A stretch of 64,000 nt of DNA from assembly GCA_028534125.1 (NCBI GenBank), contig CM052817.1, positions 49,974,001-50,038,000 on the forward strand. Direction: 5' to 3'. Below, in pieces: positions 28,571 through 41,127 of this stretch. The notes under the pieces are model-generated. The model had not been told where the DNA came from. It saw only the letters and a list, made by a program, of their open reading frames with translations, and did no database searches. Source of the stretch: Lama glama. Lineage: Eukaryota. Positions within the stretch are counted from its first letter, which is position 1. Each line of letters begins with the position of its first letter. The translations under genes and the position numbers were made by a program.

Positions 28571-28720
28571 GGGGGAAGGTATAGCTCAATGGTAGAGTAC
28601 ATGCTTAGCATGCATAAGGTCCTGGGTCTGATTCCCAGTACTTCCATTAAATAAATAAATAAATTAATTAATTAATTAATTAATATCCCCCTCCCCAAAC
28701 AAACAAAAAAAAATTTTTTA
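28571..28720 (+). mobile_element. tRNA-Ala-derived SINE (camelid Vic-1-like), long form
   Basis: ggggaaggtatagctcaatggtagagtacatgcttagcatgc...gtacttcca, AT-rich body and A tail; imperfect TSD aaaaatgtagactct / aagaatgtagacact; inserted into an L2 fragment. Confidence 0.85.
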
Positions 28721-29055
28721 AAGAATGTAGACACTATACCAGGGATATTACTTTGTTTGCTCATGTACATCTACCTCAAATATTACTTGGCTCAATAAAC
28801 ATTGGTTGAAATGAGTGAATGAACAACAGAACTATATCCAGAACCAAAGTAATTTGCTCATTTTTCTTCTTCCCTACTACAAATATTAACCCTGTCTTTA
28901 GCACTGTTTGTATAACATTCCCTCCTCATTCTTATATTCACATTATTAGCCCCAACAAAACACAGAACAGGTGCTGATATGACTTGTGTGACTTTGCTTT
29001 CTAAAGTGATACCATGCTTTTAATAATTCCATGCTTTTTTTTTAATTAAACGTAC

Positions 29056-29184
29056 TCTATCTCCTGCCGGATGGTGATGGAATAGTTTCTACTGTCACTA
29101 CCAGGCCTCAGGATCATATTTCCCAAGGAAGGATTCTTCTCAAGCATCTCAGTTGCTTCCCTCCGGGACACTGCATAAAAACAT
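29056..29184 (-). CDS. STAP1: STAP1 exon 6 (SH2 domain)
   Basis: ctgtag| (A)[42 protein letters not shown](D) |gtacgt; 129 nt. Confidence 0.96.
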
Positions 29185-30582
29185 CTACAGAGGTGAGATA
29201 AAAAACAGATTTTTTTAACTGATGAAGACCATTACCTGAAAAAAATGGTACTGAAATAACTCTAAGAGCTGCAGTTATTAAATTTTCTTAAATTTCCCAG
29301 CTTTATTATTACAATGACAGTGATATAATTACTATTATTACAAGCCTGTGCCACAGTGAGTATGCTTATACTTAAGGCCCTCTTTCCCTCATCCCTCCAA
29401 AGCCTCTTTGTCTTTAAACAAGAAAGACCTGAAAAGTTATCACCTGAAAAGTATATATTTACCATTACCACTTGAAAATCTAAGATAAGGATTAACAATA
29501 TATCCCCAGACTCAGTCTATAATAAGCTCTTGGATAAATAATATTTATTGGTGGTTTCTTTTCAGAAATACAGAACATCTCTAGACATGCTTCTTGTATG
29601 GTCTAATGGCATTGGTGGCATTTTTAATGTGTAAAACTGTTAAAGTGCTTCTCATTTTTTTCAACTTATTTCTATAGTAAATATTGTGGTCAATGAAAAG
29701 CCTGTTTTTTCAACAGAGAAAAAAATTTGGCAGGATATGCAATACACCAAGGATGTTGAAAGAGAATATCTCTGGTGAGACAAAGGCTGATTTTAATCTT
29801 CTTTATATTTAACTGTAATAAACATGTATTGTTTGTCTTATTGAGTAAAAAGAAAAAGAAGCAGTCTGTGTGAATTTTAACCTATCAGTCCATCAGCTGT
29901 CACAGGTTTCAGCTAAGAGAGATGATTGGCAGTTTTCAGTGAGTGTGGTACAGGTAGAATACGCATCAGAACCTGATGTCAAAAATGGTACCAGGACAAG
30001 TTTCACTGACAAGAAGACCAAGATTCCAGGGTTCACACTCTTAGCCACACTTTTTAGCAATATAAGGGTTAAAAGACAGATGTAGGATGTTATTGACTTC
30101 AGCATGTTCTGTGCCTCTTCTTTCCCAACACCTTACACACTTGACACAGTGACTTCCTCAAAGTACAAGCTCAAAACTACTCACTGACTGATCAATTAAA
30201 TAAAACTTTCAGATATGTTAAGTCTTCTGTATAATTTCCTGTTAGAAAATCAGTCAATCATAGAGTTGCATGGTGAAAAACATCCTTTTCCTTCCTTCTG
30301 CACAGAAGTTTTTATTTAGGTTTGTTCTTTGGAAAAAAATATCTATTTAGTCTAAAGGTGTGGGGGAAGGGGATTTCCTTTGTGGTAAGAGGCTTGGTTC
30401 AAATCTGCATTTTGTTGATATGACTTAGAAGAGGAAATATAGCACGTACTCAGAGATACACTGTGTGTCCACAAGGCAGCTTATTGTCCTTGCTTTAATG
30501 AGTCCAATGACTAGCTCTCTTTGATAATTAGAAAATAATTTCAGTAATCTAATAAGTAAACTGGAGTTTGTGGTGCACTTAC

Positions 30583-30755
30583 GCTGGCATAGGGTTCAGT
30601 AAATCCACATAATCTTCAATTGGCTCCTTCTCTTTTTCCGAGGATGAACACGGTAACCGTTCTATCTCAGTCCTCCTTTTCTTTTCTCTCTCTAGGACTT
30701 CATGCAGTCTAATTACTTGCCCAGGAAGGAGTGACACATGTAGGGGAACTGACAG
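30583..30755 (-). CDS. STAP1: STAP1 exon 5 (linker)
   Basis: ttcag| [57 protein letters not shown](A) |gtaagt; 173 nt. Confidence 0.96.
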
Positions 30756-33355
30756 CTGAAATCAATTAAAGCAGTAGGCAAACAAGAAAGACAGCAGAAT
30801 AACTAACTGATTTTAGCAACGATGAGCCTGTTCTAGTCCTAAGGAGCTTCAGTTACTTGACAGAAATGGGTGGATAGGATCATGAATAGAAAATCTTAGT
30901 GTCTTAGAATTAAGTTGCTTCTTAACCAACTAGAACCTGCACAGGATACCTGATCTTCCAAGAAATTCTCCTTTTGGGCCCAAAGCAAAGTATGCCCACC
31001 TGGCACCATAAGCTGATTCAAGTAACAACAAACCTCTCATTTTTCACTCTGAGCTCACGAGATCTCACTGTCAGGGAAGTGCTAGCATACCTGCAAGTTG
31101 TCCCACGGGTAACCTGGAACGAGCTCCACCAGCCATATGGCAACATGGGGTTGAGATGGAACCAGTTATTAGATGACTGAGAGCCAGCAGTAGATGGTCT
31201 ATATTTTGGTATGTTTGTGTTTGTATTTTGAATTTTCACTCACACATGAGGTTTTTTAGAAAGTCTTTTCTAGAGTGTGCTTGGATTTAGTCTCCTAGAT
31301 TTTCACACCTCTCATTTAGACCTCATTATGACCAGCTATATACTCTTTGAAGTTATAATCTGAATAGTAGAATATTTTTCTTTATGTGACAATACCTAGC
31401 CTATATTTTGAGCCAGCCATGTCTGATCGTCATCTTGATCCCTAGAGTGGGGTCCATGCCTTCCAGGGGGTGTGTAAGAAAGTCCTTTGGAGTGTGGGAT
31501 GAAAATACTAGAACTTCACTTTCCATTTATGTATTATGTTGTTAATTCCTATTTTTGATTATATTTTAAACATATATGTGTATATATCCAAAAATATATA
31601 TGAAATTTGAAATAAAAACTTATTAATAAGGGTACATAATCAAAAATATTTAGAGAAGATTCTTCTGGATAATTAAGCTACTAATAATCAATAAGACTAT
31701 TCCCTTTTATACTAATGCAGAAAAAATAATAGACTGAGGAAAAACTAGTGAAACTGCTATTCCTTATTAATTGCTTATTATGTCCCAAGCTTTGAGCTAT
31801 TGCAAATCCTCACAGCAATGCTACAAGATAGGTATTGTTATCCCCACTTTACAAAGGAAAATGACAGACTCAGAAAGATTAAATAACTAGTCCAGGGTCA
31901 GATAGCTAGAAAGTTGTGGAACCAGGACTCAAACTCCAATTTAATTAATTCAAAAGCAACCTCTCTACACTTTCAACTATAGTCTGTGTTTCTCAGACTT
32001 CTACTAAAGTTCTCCTAACAACAGCATGGTATGAATGTATATAACAGAGTGACCTAGGAAAATTATAAAAACAACATTTATAGAGCACAATATTTGAGGT
32101 AGCTTGTCATCTTTTGAAAATTCATGTGAATTTTATTTTAATTCTTTAATATGCCTATGTACATTTTAACTTAAAAAATAGTGCTTTTAACCTTACCTCA
32201 AGGAAAAAAACTAAAAACAAAATTTTGGGGCCAACATGTCAAGCATAATTAGTGTTCCAGGAAGAGGCACCCCATGTTTTTTCCAGTGGTTTTAGTGTTC
32301 TCCTTGACACCTATACTTGTACCCCAGTATAAGAAGTGCGAGGCCACACACCAATGCCTTTCCACAACAGAGGGAGGAAATACAGTTCCCCAGAGAGTTT
32401 CTCTCTCCCCACAAATCAATATATCTTTAACATACCTAACTGGTCCACTCTTCTAGCTTCCTATGACTTTCCTACATGGTAGTTGAACCTCCAACTTTTA
32501 CTGGCTTTTGTCTAAGACAAAGGACCAGCATCCAACATCTTGGTAAAGTGCAGTGCTTATTTTATTGTGACTGCAAAGGCTTTTCTTAGAAACTAGCTTT
32601 GGATAAAGTCTGTATTTAACTGACCCTAACAAACATAGGAAGCTTTCATATCCCCTAAGAGTATTAGAAAATATGTTGCTCTTTGGGGAGCTGGTTATCA
32701 AAGTACCTCATCTTTCTTAGACAGTTGCTACTGTGGCTTTATTTAAAATAATGGTAATTATTTTGCCAACAGTTAACTCTAAGCAGTAGACCTTACTATT
32801 TGTCTCAGATAAGATGCCACAGAGTTGAACAGATAAGCATCCCTTTCTCTTAAGACTCGCTAAACAAATGTTGAAAGGTGACTTTTCATTTTGATGGTCT
32901 CTCCCTGTTATATTGTCTATGTAATTCATAAAATCTATCTCAGTTAGCATTTTATAAATATATATTATATGAATAAGAAAGGAACTGGAAAGTATTTTAG
33001 CAGATGCTATGTAAGCTACAAATATCATAATATACAAAGGACCACTGTGTCAAAGGGATAAGATCAAAAGGTCTCCCTTACCACCTGTGATTTACTAGCT
33101 AGAATCATTCTCCTGTTGATTTTCTTCATAACAGTTATCACAATTTTAAATTATCTTGTTTGTTCTCTTGTTTATTTTCTTTCCTCTTTCCACTCACCCA
33201 ATAAAAATATAAATTTCATGAGTAAGTGTAAGGGTTTATATCTGTCCTTTTCAATTGCTATAACTTCAGTCCCTTTCACTCTGCATGGTTCATAGTAGTT
33301 ATTCAGTCAGTATTTGTTGAATAAGTGAATTAATCAAAAATAATGTCCTTCTTAC

Positions 33356-33412
33356 TTCTGTTACTGTGAGAATGAAGCCTCTCCATTCTTCCCCACTTTC
33401 TGTGTTCTCTGT
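33356..33412 (-). CDS. STAP1: STAP1 exon 4
   Basis: tttag| TENTESGEEWRGFILTVTE |gtaag; 57 nt. Confidence 0.96.
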
Positions 33413-35482
33413 CTAAAGATGAAGACAAAAACAAAAACAAAAAAGAAAAGAAAAGTCATGAATGACTGTTAGCATTAATACATTTATTAACTTCAAATAA
33501 CCTTAGAATTTCATATGATTGTTTTATAAAACTCAAAATACGTAAGCCATCAAAACCCAGCAAGATTGACAAAATGCATGTTCTTTTATTGAAGCACATT
33601 GCTTTAAGAAAACAGTTGTATTTTTAAACCACTTAAAATCAATTAAAAGGAAGAAACAATTCATTTTCCTTTTGGCTTTGAATTATTAATGTGTATTTGT
33701 TATGAAATATTTCAATACTGTTTTCTTTTAACAGAAGACAGAAGTACATAGCTTTAGTGTATTTGCTTATTGTACAAATTTACTTAACTCAAAAAGATTT
33801 AAATGTTAGCACACTTATTTCTGCAGTATTTCAATTCATAGTTACTCCCCCACTGGTATTTAACACTGACTGGCTTTAAGTTTGGGGCAACCAGGTAGGA
33901 CCAATACAGTTACTTCCAATTATCTTATTACTTAGTAAGTTACCTTAGAAGCTTTCAATTCATAGCTCTAAATACTACTAATACAACCAACATTTATTAA
34001 GTGCTTTAAGTGGCAGCTACTGTTCTAAGTATTTCATACGTATTAACTGATTCAATCTTCACGGCAACTACACAAAAGTTACTTTTTAAAAAGAATTTTT
34101 ACAGAGTGTTCATTTAACAGATACTTATTGAGTGCCTTTATGTGCTGGCCACTATTTCATGTACTCGTTTACACTAGAGAACAAAACAAAAATCCTCATT
34201 CTCATAGGGGTTAGAGTCTAGCAAGGAACAATAAATTATAAACATAACAGTGAGTACATGTTATGGTGTCAGATGGAAATAAAAGAAATTAAAATGTAGA
34301 GCAGGGTTAAGAGAGATTAGGAATGCCATTCGGGCTCATGGGAGGGGAAAAGAATTGCAATTTTTATAAAGTGGTCCACGTAGGCTCAGTCAGAGGGTTA
34401 CATCTCAGTAAAGACTTCAAAGGGAAGAATCCAAGGCAATAAAGAGATTAAGTAGGTTGCCTATGATTATACACTAACAAATAAAATAGTCACGCAAACT
34501 TAGGTCTCTGACCCTAATCTTGTGCTCTAAACCAGCACATCAGAATCATCTAGAGAGCTTGCCTAAAATGCAGATTCTGAGGCCCAGATTAGGAGTGGGG
34601 CCTTAGTAGATTCCTAGTAGATGAAAGCTTAATGACCAATGCTTTCAAGGTCAACTCCAACTATACCCTATTTAATGGCCAGTCATTCTCTTTGTGTTGT
34701 AGTTGTGGGTTGACTTTAAATGGCTCACTTTCAATGCCAATTCAAGAAAAAAATTTGTTTTCTATGTAGGTGCTGAGTATATAGCAGTGAGTTTAACAAA
34801 CAGATCTCTGCCTATTTGGAGATTAGAGTTTTATGAGATTTATTTCATATATCACAAATTGTGTACATCTAATATGCAGCTCTCATTCAGATTTTCTCAT
34901 TGTCTTGAAATGCTCTCTATAGCTTTTGTTCCGTTTTCTGACCCAGTGTCCAATCCAGGATCACACACTGCGTTACTTGTCATGACTCCACAATCTCCAT
35001 AAATAGGAACAGGTGTCCAGTCTTTCTTCGGCTTTCGTTACTCTGGTGTTTTTGAAGAGCTTAGGCCAATTGCCTTGCAGGATGTCTCTCAATCTGTTGA
35101 AATGTGAATTTGTCTGATTCAGTGGTTCCAAACATATATCATGTTGGATAGGTCTCAGAATCATCTGGGAACTCAGTGAATGCCAAGTCCCTGAGTGCCA
35201 ATTCAAGAACAACTTTCTAAAAACACCAGGTGGAAGCTCTGACTTTCTCAGAGGACAGCAGTATACGGTTTCAATGTGCTTGTCTACTGAACAAGCGAAC
35301 ATGCCTTTTCAAATCTCTGTTTAGGAAACTATAGTTCTTGGCAAAGGCAGGAAATATTAACAAAGTATAAGCCTTGGCTGCTCCTCTTATAATTCCTCTT
35401 TACCTCAGCCACCAGGTTTAGAAAAGGTGAACGCTATTTATAACCAGAACTTGTTTCAGACTAATTTCTGCTTCTCACTTAC

Positions 35483-35596
35483 CTTCAAGTGCACTTCCTC
35501 TTTGGGCAAAACAAGAGTGAATTTTGCACAATTTTTTTCAGTTGAATTCTGGTCAGCAAGGCATGTGAGGTCTATTATGTCTAACTTGTCAACATA
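35483..35596 (-). CDS. STAP1: STAP1 exon 3 (PH domain)
   Basis: gcag| [38 protein letters not shown] |gtaagt; 114 nt. Confidence 0.97.
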
Positions 35597-35767
35597 CTGC
35601 AAAGATACAGGGAAATCTCAATTATTTCATGGGTAACATACATTAGTTCTAGCAGGAAGGAAAATTAGTAATATCTTTCAAGTTACTTGTACCTGGCGTG
35701 ATATCCTGGTTTGCAGCTGGGCATCACACCCCTTCCCAATCTAGAGGGCATTTGGAAATGTATTTTG

Positions 35768-36940
35768 CGGTGGTGGGTTTGACTAGCTCATACAGGTTTG
35801 CAAAAGCCAATTGTTAAATTTTCAGCAGTTTTGAAAGATGCTTGTTAAACATGGCCATTATTAAAAATTTAATTAAATAAACATACAAGTAAATAAATTA
35901 TATTAACAACAGGTAATTAGAATTCAAAACATCATTTTCTAGTTATATTACTGCATAGCACTCTCTAAGCTCTTGTGTTTATTTATGTCTTCATTTCTCT
36001 GAAAATATTATATACTAGAATACTGTGCTGCTGTACCTGTCTTTCCAACTCCACGTTCAGTGAGGTAACATTGATAGGTTGAAATTGGCCATGGTGGGAG
36101 TATTTACACCATGGAAAATGACAAATCTTACAAATTACAAATTAGGGCTTGATTTATTGTTTTGTTAAGTGTCCAGGGGGCCAGCAAACTTTTCTGCAAA
36201 GGCTAAACAGTAAATGTGTTAGGCTTTGAGGACCACATGCAGTCTTGTTGCAAATTCTTGTTCCTTTTTTCTTTAACAACACTTTAAAAATGTAACAAGA
36301 AAAACATTCTGAGCTCACAGACTGTACAAAATCAGGCAACAGGCTAAATTTGGCCCAAGGACCACATTTTGCTGGCCTGTGTTCTAGACTCCAGGAAGTA
36401 AAGAGGAAAATATTAATAATGCAGATGAAATTTTAAAGTTTGTTGTGCCTGAAGCTTTTTCATTGTAAACAGAACATAAAAATGAGAAAGTATTCTTCCA
36501 TAATTCAAAAATTATCTCATTTAGTGAAGAAGTTGCTCATATCATTACAAATAGGTGACATTCTGACATACATAATTGTTGCTTTACTTTCATTAATGTA
36601 AACAAAACCATTGGCCAAACTACATGTCAAATATGTTTAATGACAATACAATAATGTTAGTAGGGAAACAGCAGATTGGAAAACAACTCCATTTATCAAA
36701 TCATGATGGATTGCAGTCATAGTTGGCTACAGATACAGGTTTAGAAAAATCAACAAAAGTATTCTGTAAGAATCAATTGCCTGCATGGAAATTACAGTAA
36801 AGAATATTGTGTATTTTATTTTTTAAACTGTATACTATACATTCTTTATATCAGTAATATTTATAATAAGTGTATATATATGTATATATTCATACATTTT
36901 TTCAGAAAGTCATTGTTCAATGTTTACCATATGCCATGGG
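35768..36940 (+). mobile_element. MER63-like (hAT-Blackjack) element containing a nested MER58-like element (~36174-36381)
   Basis: gccaattgttaaattttcagcagttttg...ccatggtgggagtatttacacc (MER63-like); cagggggccagcaaacttttctgcaaagg...tttggcccaagg (MER58-like). Confidence 0.75.
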
Positions 36941-38923
36941 TTATGAGGATCCTATTAAGAAATTCCTATATTATTCCAGTATAATAAAAATATTTCTTTT
37001 GAGCAATTGGCCTATATGAATTGGTCTGTATGCAACTGGTCAGACTTGCTCTGTAGTATAGGAAGATTAGGACCATCTCTAGTAAATGTAGTAGGGTTTT
37101 TAATGGTATAATTTTTGCTAAATCAGCCTCTTTCTTGACTTCTTTTTATCTCCTTTCATTTTACTCTCTATTATGCCCAATATAACCTATTTACTCTATT
37201 CTTGTGAATATGATTCTTTTATCTTCTGAATAAGGTAAGGCATGAAAAATAAGTAAATAATTTTGTTTCCAGAGCAATTCCTATATTGGTGAGGCTGAGG
37301 GTAAGTTTGAGTTGACCTATTTCTTTTTTTTTAATACTCTCCCTGCCTTTAAATATTTTTTTCTTTAAAAATATTTCTTCAATAACAAAAAGCAATTAAA
37401 AATGGAAAGAGAGATATAAGGAAAAGGGGACAAAATTTTAAATTACACAAGAATCTTTTTCTGATAAATTGTCTAGTTTAAGCTAAGTGAATTTTTCTAA
37501 GACAAAGGAGGAAGCAACAAAAGAAGAAGTGGAGGAGTTAGATAGGGTGCCATAAGCTGATCTGTTGATTAGAAAAAAGGAAGTCATATCTTTGTGTTTT
37601 TAATTGTAGTGTTGAAAGAGCCTTAAAGGTCATCTGTCTAATCTAGCTGCCTTCTGTTGCTTGAATCTCCCCCAGGGTATCCCTTCATGCAGTCATCCAG
37701 CCTATACTGGAACAACTTGAACAACATGGAACTCACAGTCTGCCTAAAGACCAGGCTCTCAGTCACTAAGCTGCACCTCCTCTTGCCATGTACTGGGTGA
37801 ATAATTACCATTAACTCTCTCACATGTGTGTATTTTACAAGGTTTAGACTAAGGTCTTTTATATTTTCACTAACATCAGTGGGAAGCTGGAAGGACAACA
37901 AAGAAATTAATTTTGTTAAAATTTATTATGGTATTTGAAACCACCTTTATATAAATCTTGTCTATCCAGAACTCTGATGAAAGATGACCATTTTAACTTT
38001 GTTTTCTGTTTGTTTTCGTAAATGACTTCTGGTTAGTTTACCACTAATGGTGCTGAAATGCCTGCAGGTGAACACATCATACAGGCTCTTTCTGTATCTT
38101 TCATTAGATCTGATCAAGTAATAAAGATGTCCTAAGATGTGTGGGCTACTGCATCCATGGTGTAAAGTGTTTATATTTCAGCAGGTTACTGAATCATAAA
38201 AACTCTTAAAAGCATAGCATTCCAAGGTAGGCATGCATTTGCTACTAAAATGCTACATTTTATTTGTACAAAAGAAAAAAGAAATACATAGTTTTCAATT
38301 TTTTTTGGACAAATTGAGATATAAATCAATTTTTTTAAATTAACACAAATAAATTATCTCAGAATCTCTTTATTGTTACACTCATGCTTGAGCTCTTAGA
38401 AGTCATTTCATGAGGTATGTTTGTATCTTTCTAGAAAAATTAAATAGTGACATATTGTATGTTATAAGCTTTGGGGATCATCTAGTTCCCTTCAGATTAT
38501 AACTGCATGCTACAGCAAGATGAAAAGTAGGGAAAATTAAAGCTATCACCTGGTATTAGGCAATATGAATCCAGATGTCCTGCTAAAGTTTTCACTTTTC
38601 AACTAAGTTTTTATTAACAGGATCAGCAAGGGAAGAATGCAAAGTTAAAAACATGAATTAATGCTTTCTTCTGAGTTACCCAGGAGATTTTACCATGGGT
38701 CTTGGAATTGATATCCCTCACAGATATAAATTAAAAAAAAAATCTACCCACTGTACATTTTTGAAAGTTTTAAAAAAAAATTTTGGGGAGAGGGAGGCAA
38801 ATGTTCTTACTTAAGTTGGTATACTGGAACATCTTTACTCTTGGAAGACAGATAGTGAATAATAAACTATACGACAAGTTGTTTATAGGGAAAAAATTAA
38901 ATCAGCTGAACATGTCTACTTAC

Positions 38924-38995
38924 TATTGTACTTTTTTTGTCGGTATAAAAGAAAAGTGTAGTTCCTCTCAGCTCTGTCCAATAATGTTTATACTC
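38924..38995 (-). CDS. STAP1: STAP1 exon 2 (PH domain)
   Basis: ctgcag| [24 protein letters not shown] |gtaagt; 72 nt. Confidence 0.97.
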
Positions 38996-40398
38996 CTGCA
39001 GGAAAGAAATTATAAGCATTATTTCCTTAGTGTATATTCAACTATTTTCCTCTTGATACTTTCCTTTGTAACTTTCTTAATTGCTGTGTGGTATAAGTTT
39101 CCTTTTTACTATAAGATAAATCACCTACTTTTTATGGCTTAATGTAACATTTAATTCTTGGTTAAATCCTTCACAAATGTATTTTAGTATGAGGTGTGAT
39201 GTGGGGTTGTAATTTGATTTGTGTTTAAGTAGATCATTTTCCAAAACTTTCCTCATTAAGATGCTTGACTTTTTATGCAGTTTCAGTGGAACCTTGCACC
39301 TGTAAGAGGGGCCTGTATAAGGGGCCAGGTTAGGACAAGCATTTAGTATCTTCCTTCCAAGACAGTTGAAAGGACTGAGTGAAATAATACACATAAATCA
39401 CTTAGCATAGTACATGGTTCATAGTTTAGGTTCAATAAACAGAATATATATTTATATAGGTCAAGGAAATATGAGCAATTGATAATGATAAAAATAACAA
39501 TCAAAACTGAACTTTGAAGTTCAAATTTCATTCATGTGGTGAACATTTCATTATTAATACATTCACATTATTATGAGTTCTATAGAAATACAATTTTTTA
39601 AGTTTAAAATATTTAAATTACCCAGTCAGACACTCACTCAAGTGAAAGGCTACCTAGATAAGAACTTACATTCTATGAAGATTGGCTGTATTACAAAAGA
39701 AGGGTAAGTGGATTTTAAGAATACAAGAAAATTCTTCCACATCTAAAGACTTACCATCATACTCAGCTCTTTGCAAAAGTATGTTTTAAAAACCTCCAGT
39801 CAGTTTCATAGAAATGTTGATCATTCTTTCCTTTAGAGTTTAATAAGCTGAATTTTCGTAACATGTTGGATTGTCTTGACTTACATTGATGATTAATGTA
39901 AGAAAATCATAAGAAATATTTTTCTTTTGCTTACGAATATGAAGACACATATATTATGATATCTTGTGTTTTTTTAATACTGTCATATCATTTATCCTTC
40001 TTTTGATCAGCAAAATATTTGTCACCTCTTCAGAATTTATATATTTATTTTCTCAAATAATGGGAGTTCTATAACCCGTCTTACTTTTATTTTCCTTGGC
40101 TCTCATGAAGCCCAAGATTAAATTCACTCTGAATTATAGCAAGCATCTTTCTCATGTTCTTAATAGAACTATTTCCTTCTTTTGTTTTCATGGCAGATAA
40201 GTTGCTATATTAGTTAGTTTTTGTGGTGTAACAAGCCACCCTAAAGCATTGTGGAGTAAAACAGCAAATATTACCTATTTCTCATCATTCTGTGGCTGGC
40301 TGATGATTCTCTGGATCTGGGTATATTTGGCTGTGGCTGAATGGTCAAGGGTGCCCTCACTCACTTGACTGGAGTTTCAGCTGGGAATGGAGAGTGAG

Positions 40399-41127
40399 TG
40401 TGTGTAGTATAATAAAAAGTATATTTAGTCTTAGTCCCCAAGTTCCTGGCATAGAGATCCTAAAACACTTAGAATTTTCTAAGTGATAGGAGTGTCTTTA
40501 TTATTCACAATGAGCCCCTTTACATCATACTTGAATTTATACTAATGATGTAACTTAGGATGGGATCCCTAAATAGCTTCAGGTTAGGTCTGATCACCAA
40601 AAGAACAAATGATTAGAGGGTTGGAACTGTCAGCCCCACCCATCAACCTTCAGGAAGGAAGGAGTGGGCCTGAAGATTAAGCTTTATAAAAACCTGGAAC
40701 AGCAAGATTTGATGAGCTTCCACATGCCAAAAGGGTGGTGTAGCCCATCTCCACAGAGACAGAAGCACCTGGGCTTGGGACCCTTCCAGATCTTGCCCTC
40801 TTTATCTGGCTGTTCAATTGTACCCCTTACCAGTAGATGTAAGCAAAGTGTCTTCCTGAGTTCTGTGAACCATTCTAGTAAATTATGAAATCTTACGAGG
40901 GAGTCATGGGAACCCCTGATTTATCGCCAGTCAGTCAGAAGCACAGGAGGTCTGGGACTTGTGACTAGTGACTGAGGTAGGGGGCAGTCTTGTGGACTCA
41001 GTTCTTAACTAAGCTGTGGGGTCTGTCCTAAATTTGGGTAGGTAGGTAGGTAGTATCGAAATTGAACTGAATTGTTGAATACCCAGTTGATGTCCAGAGA
41101 ATCAGAGAATTGATGGAAAACACCCCA
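40399..41127 (+). mobile_element. MER21-like ERVL solo LTR nested in an MLT1 (MaLR) LTR spanning ~40205-41418
   Basis: TG...CA ends, 5-bp TSD gtgag (40394-98 / 41128-32); the MLT1-like sequence resumes on the other side. Confidence 0.75.
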
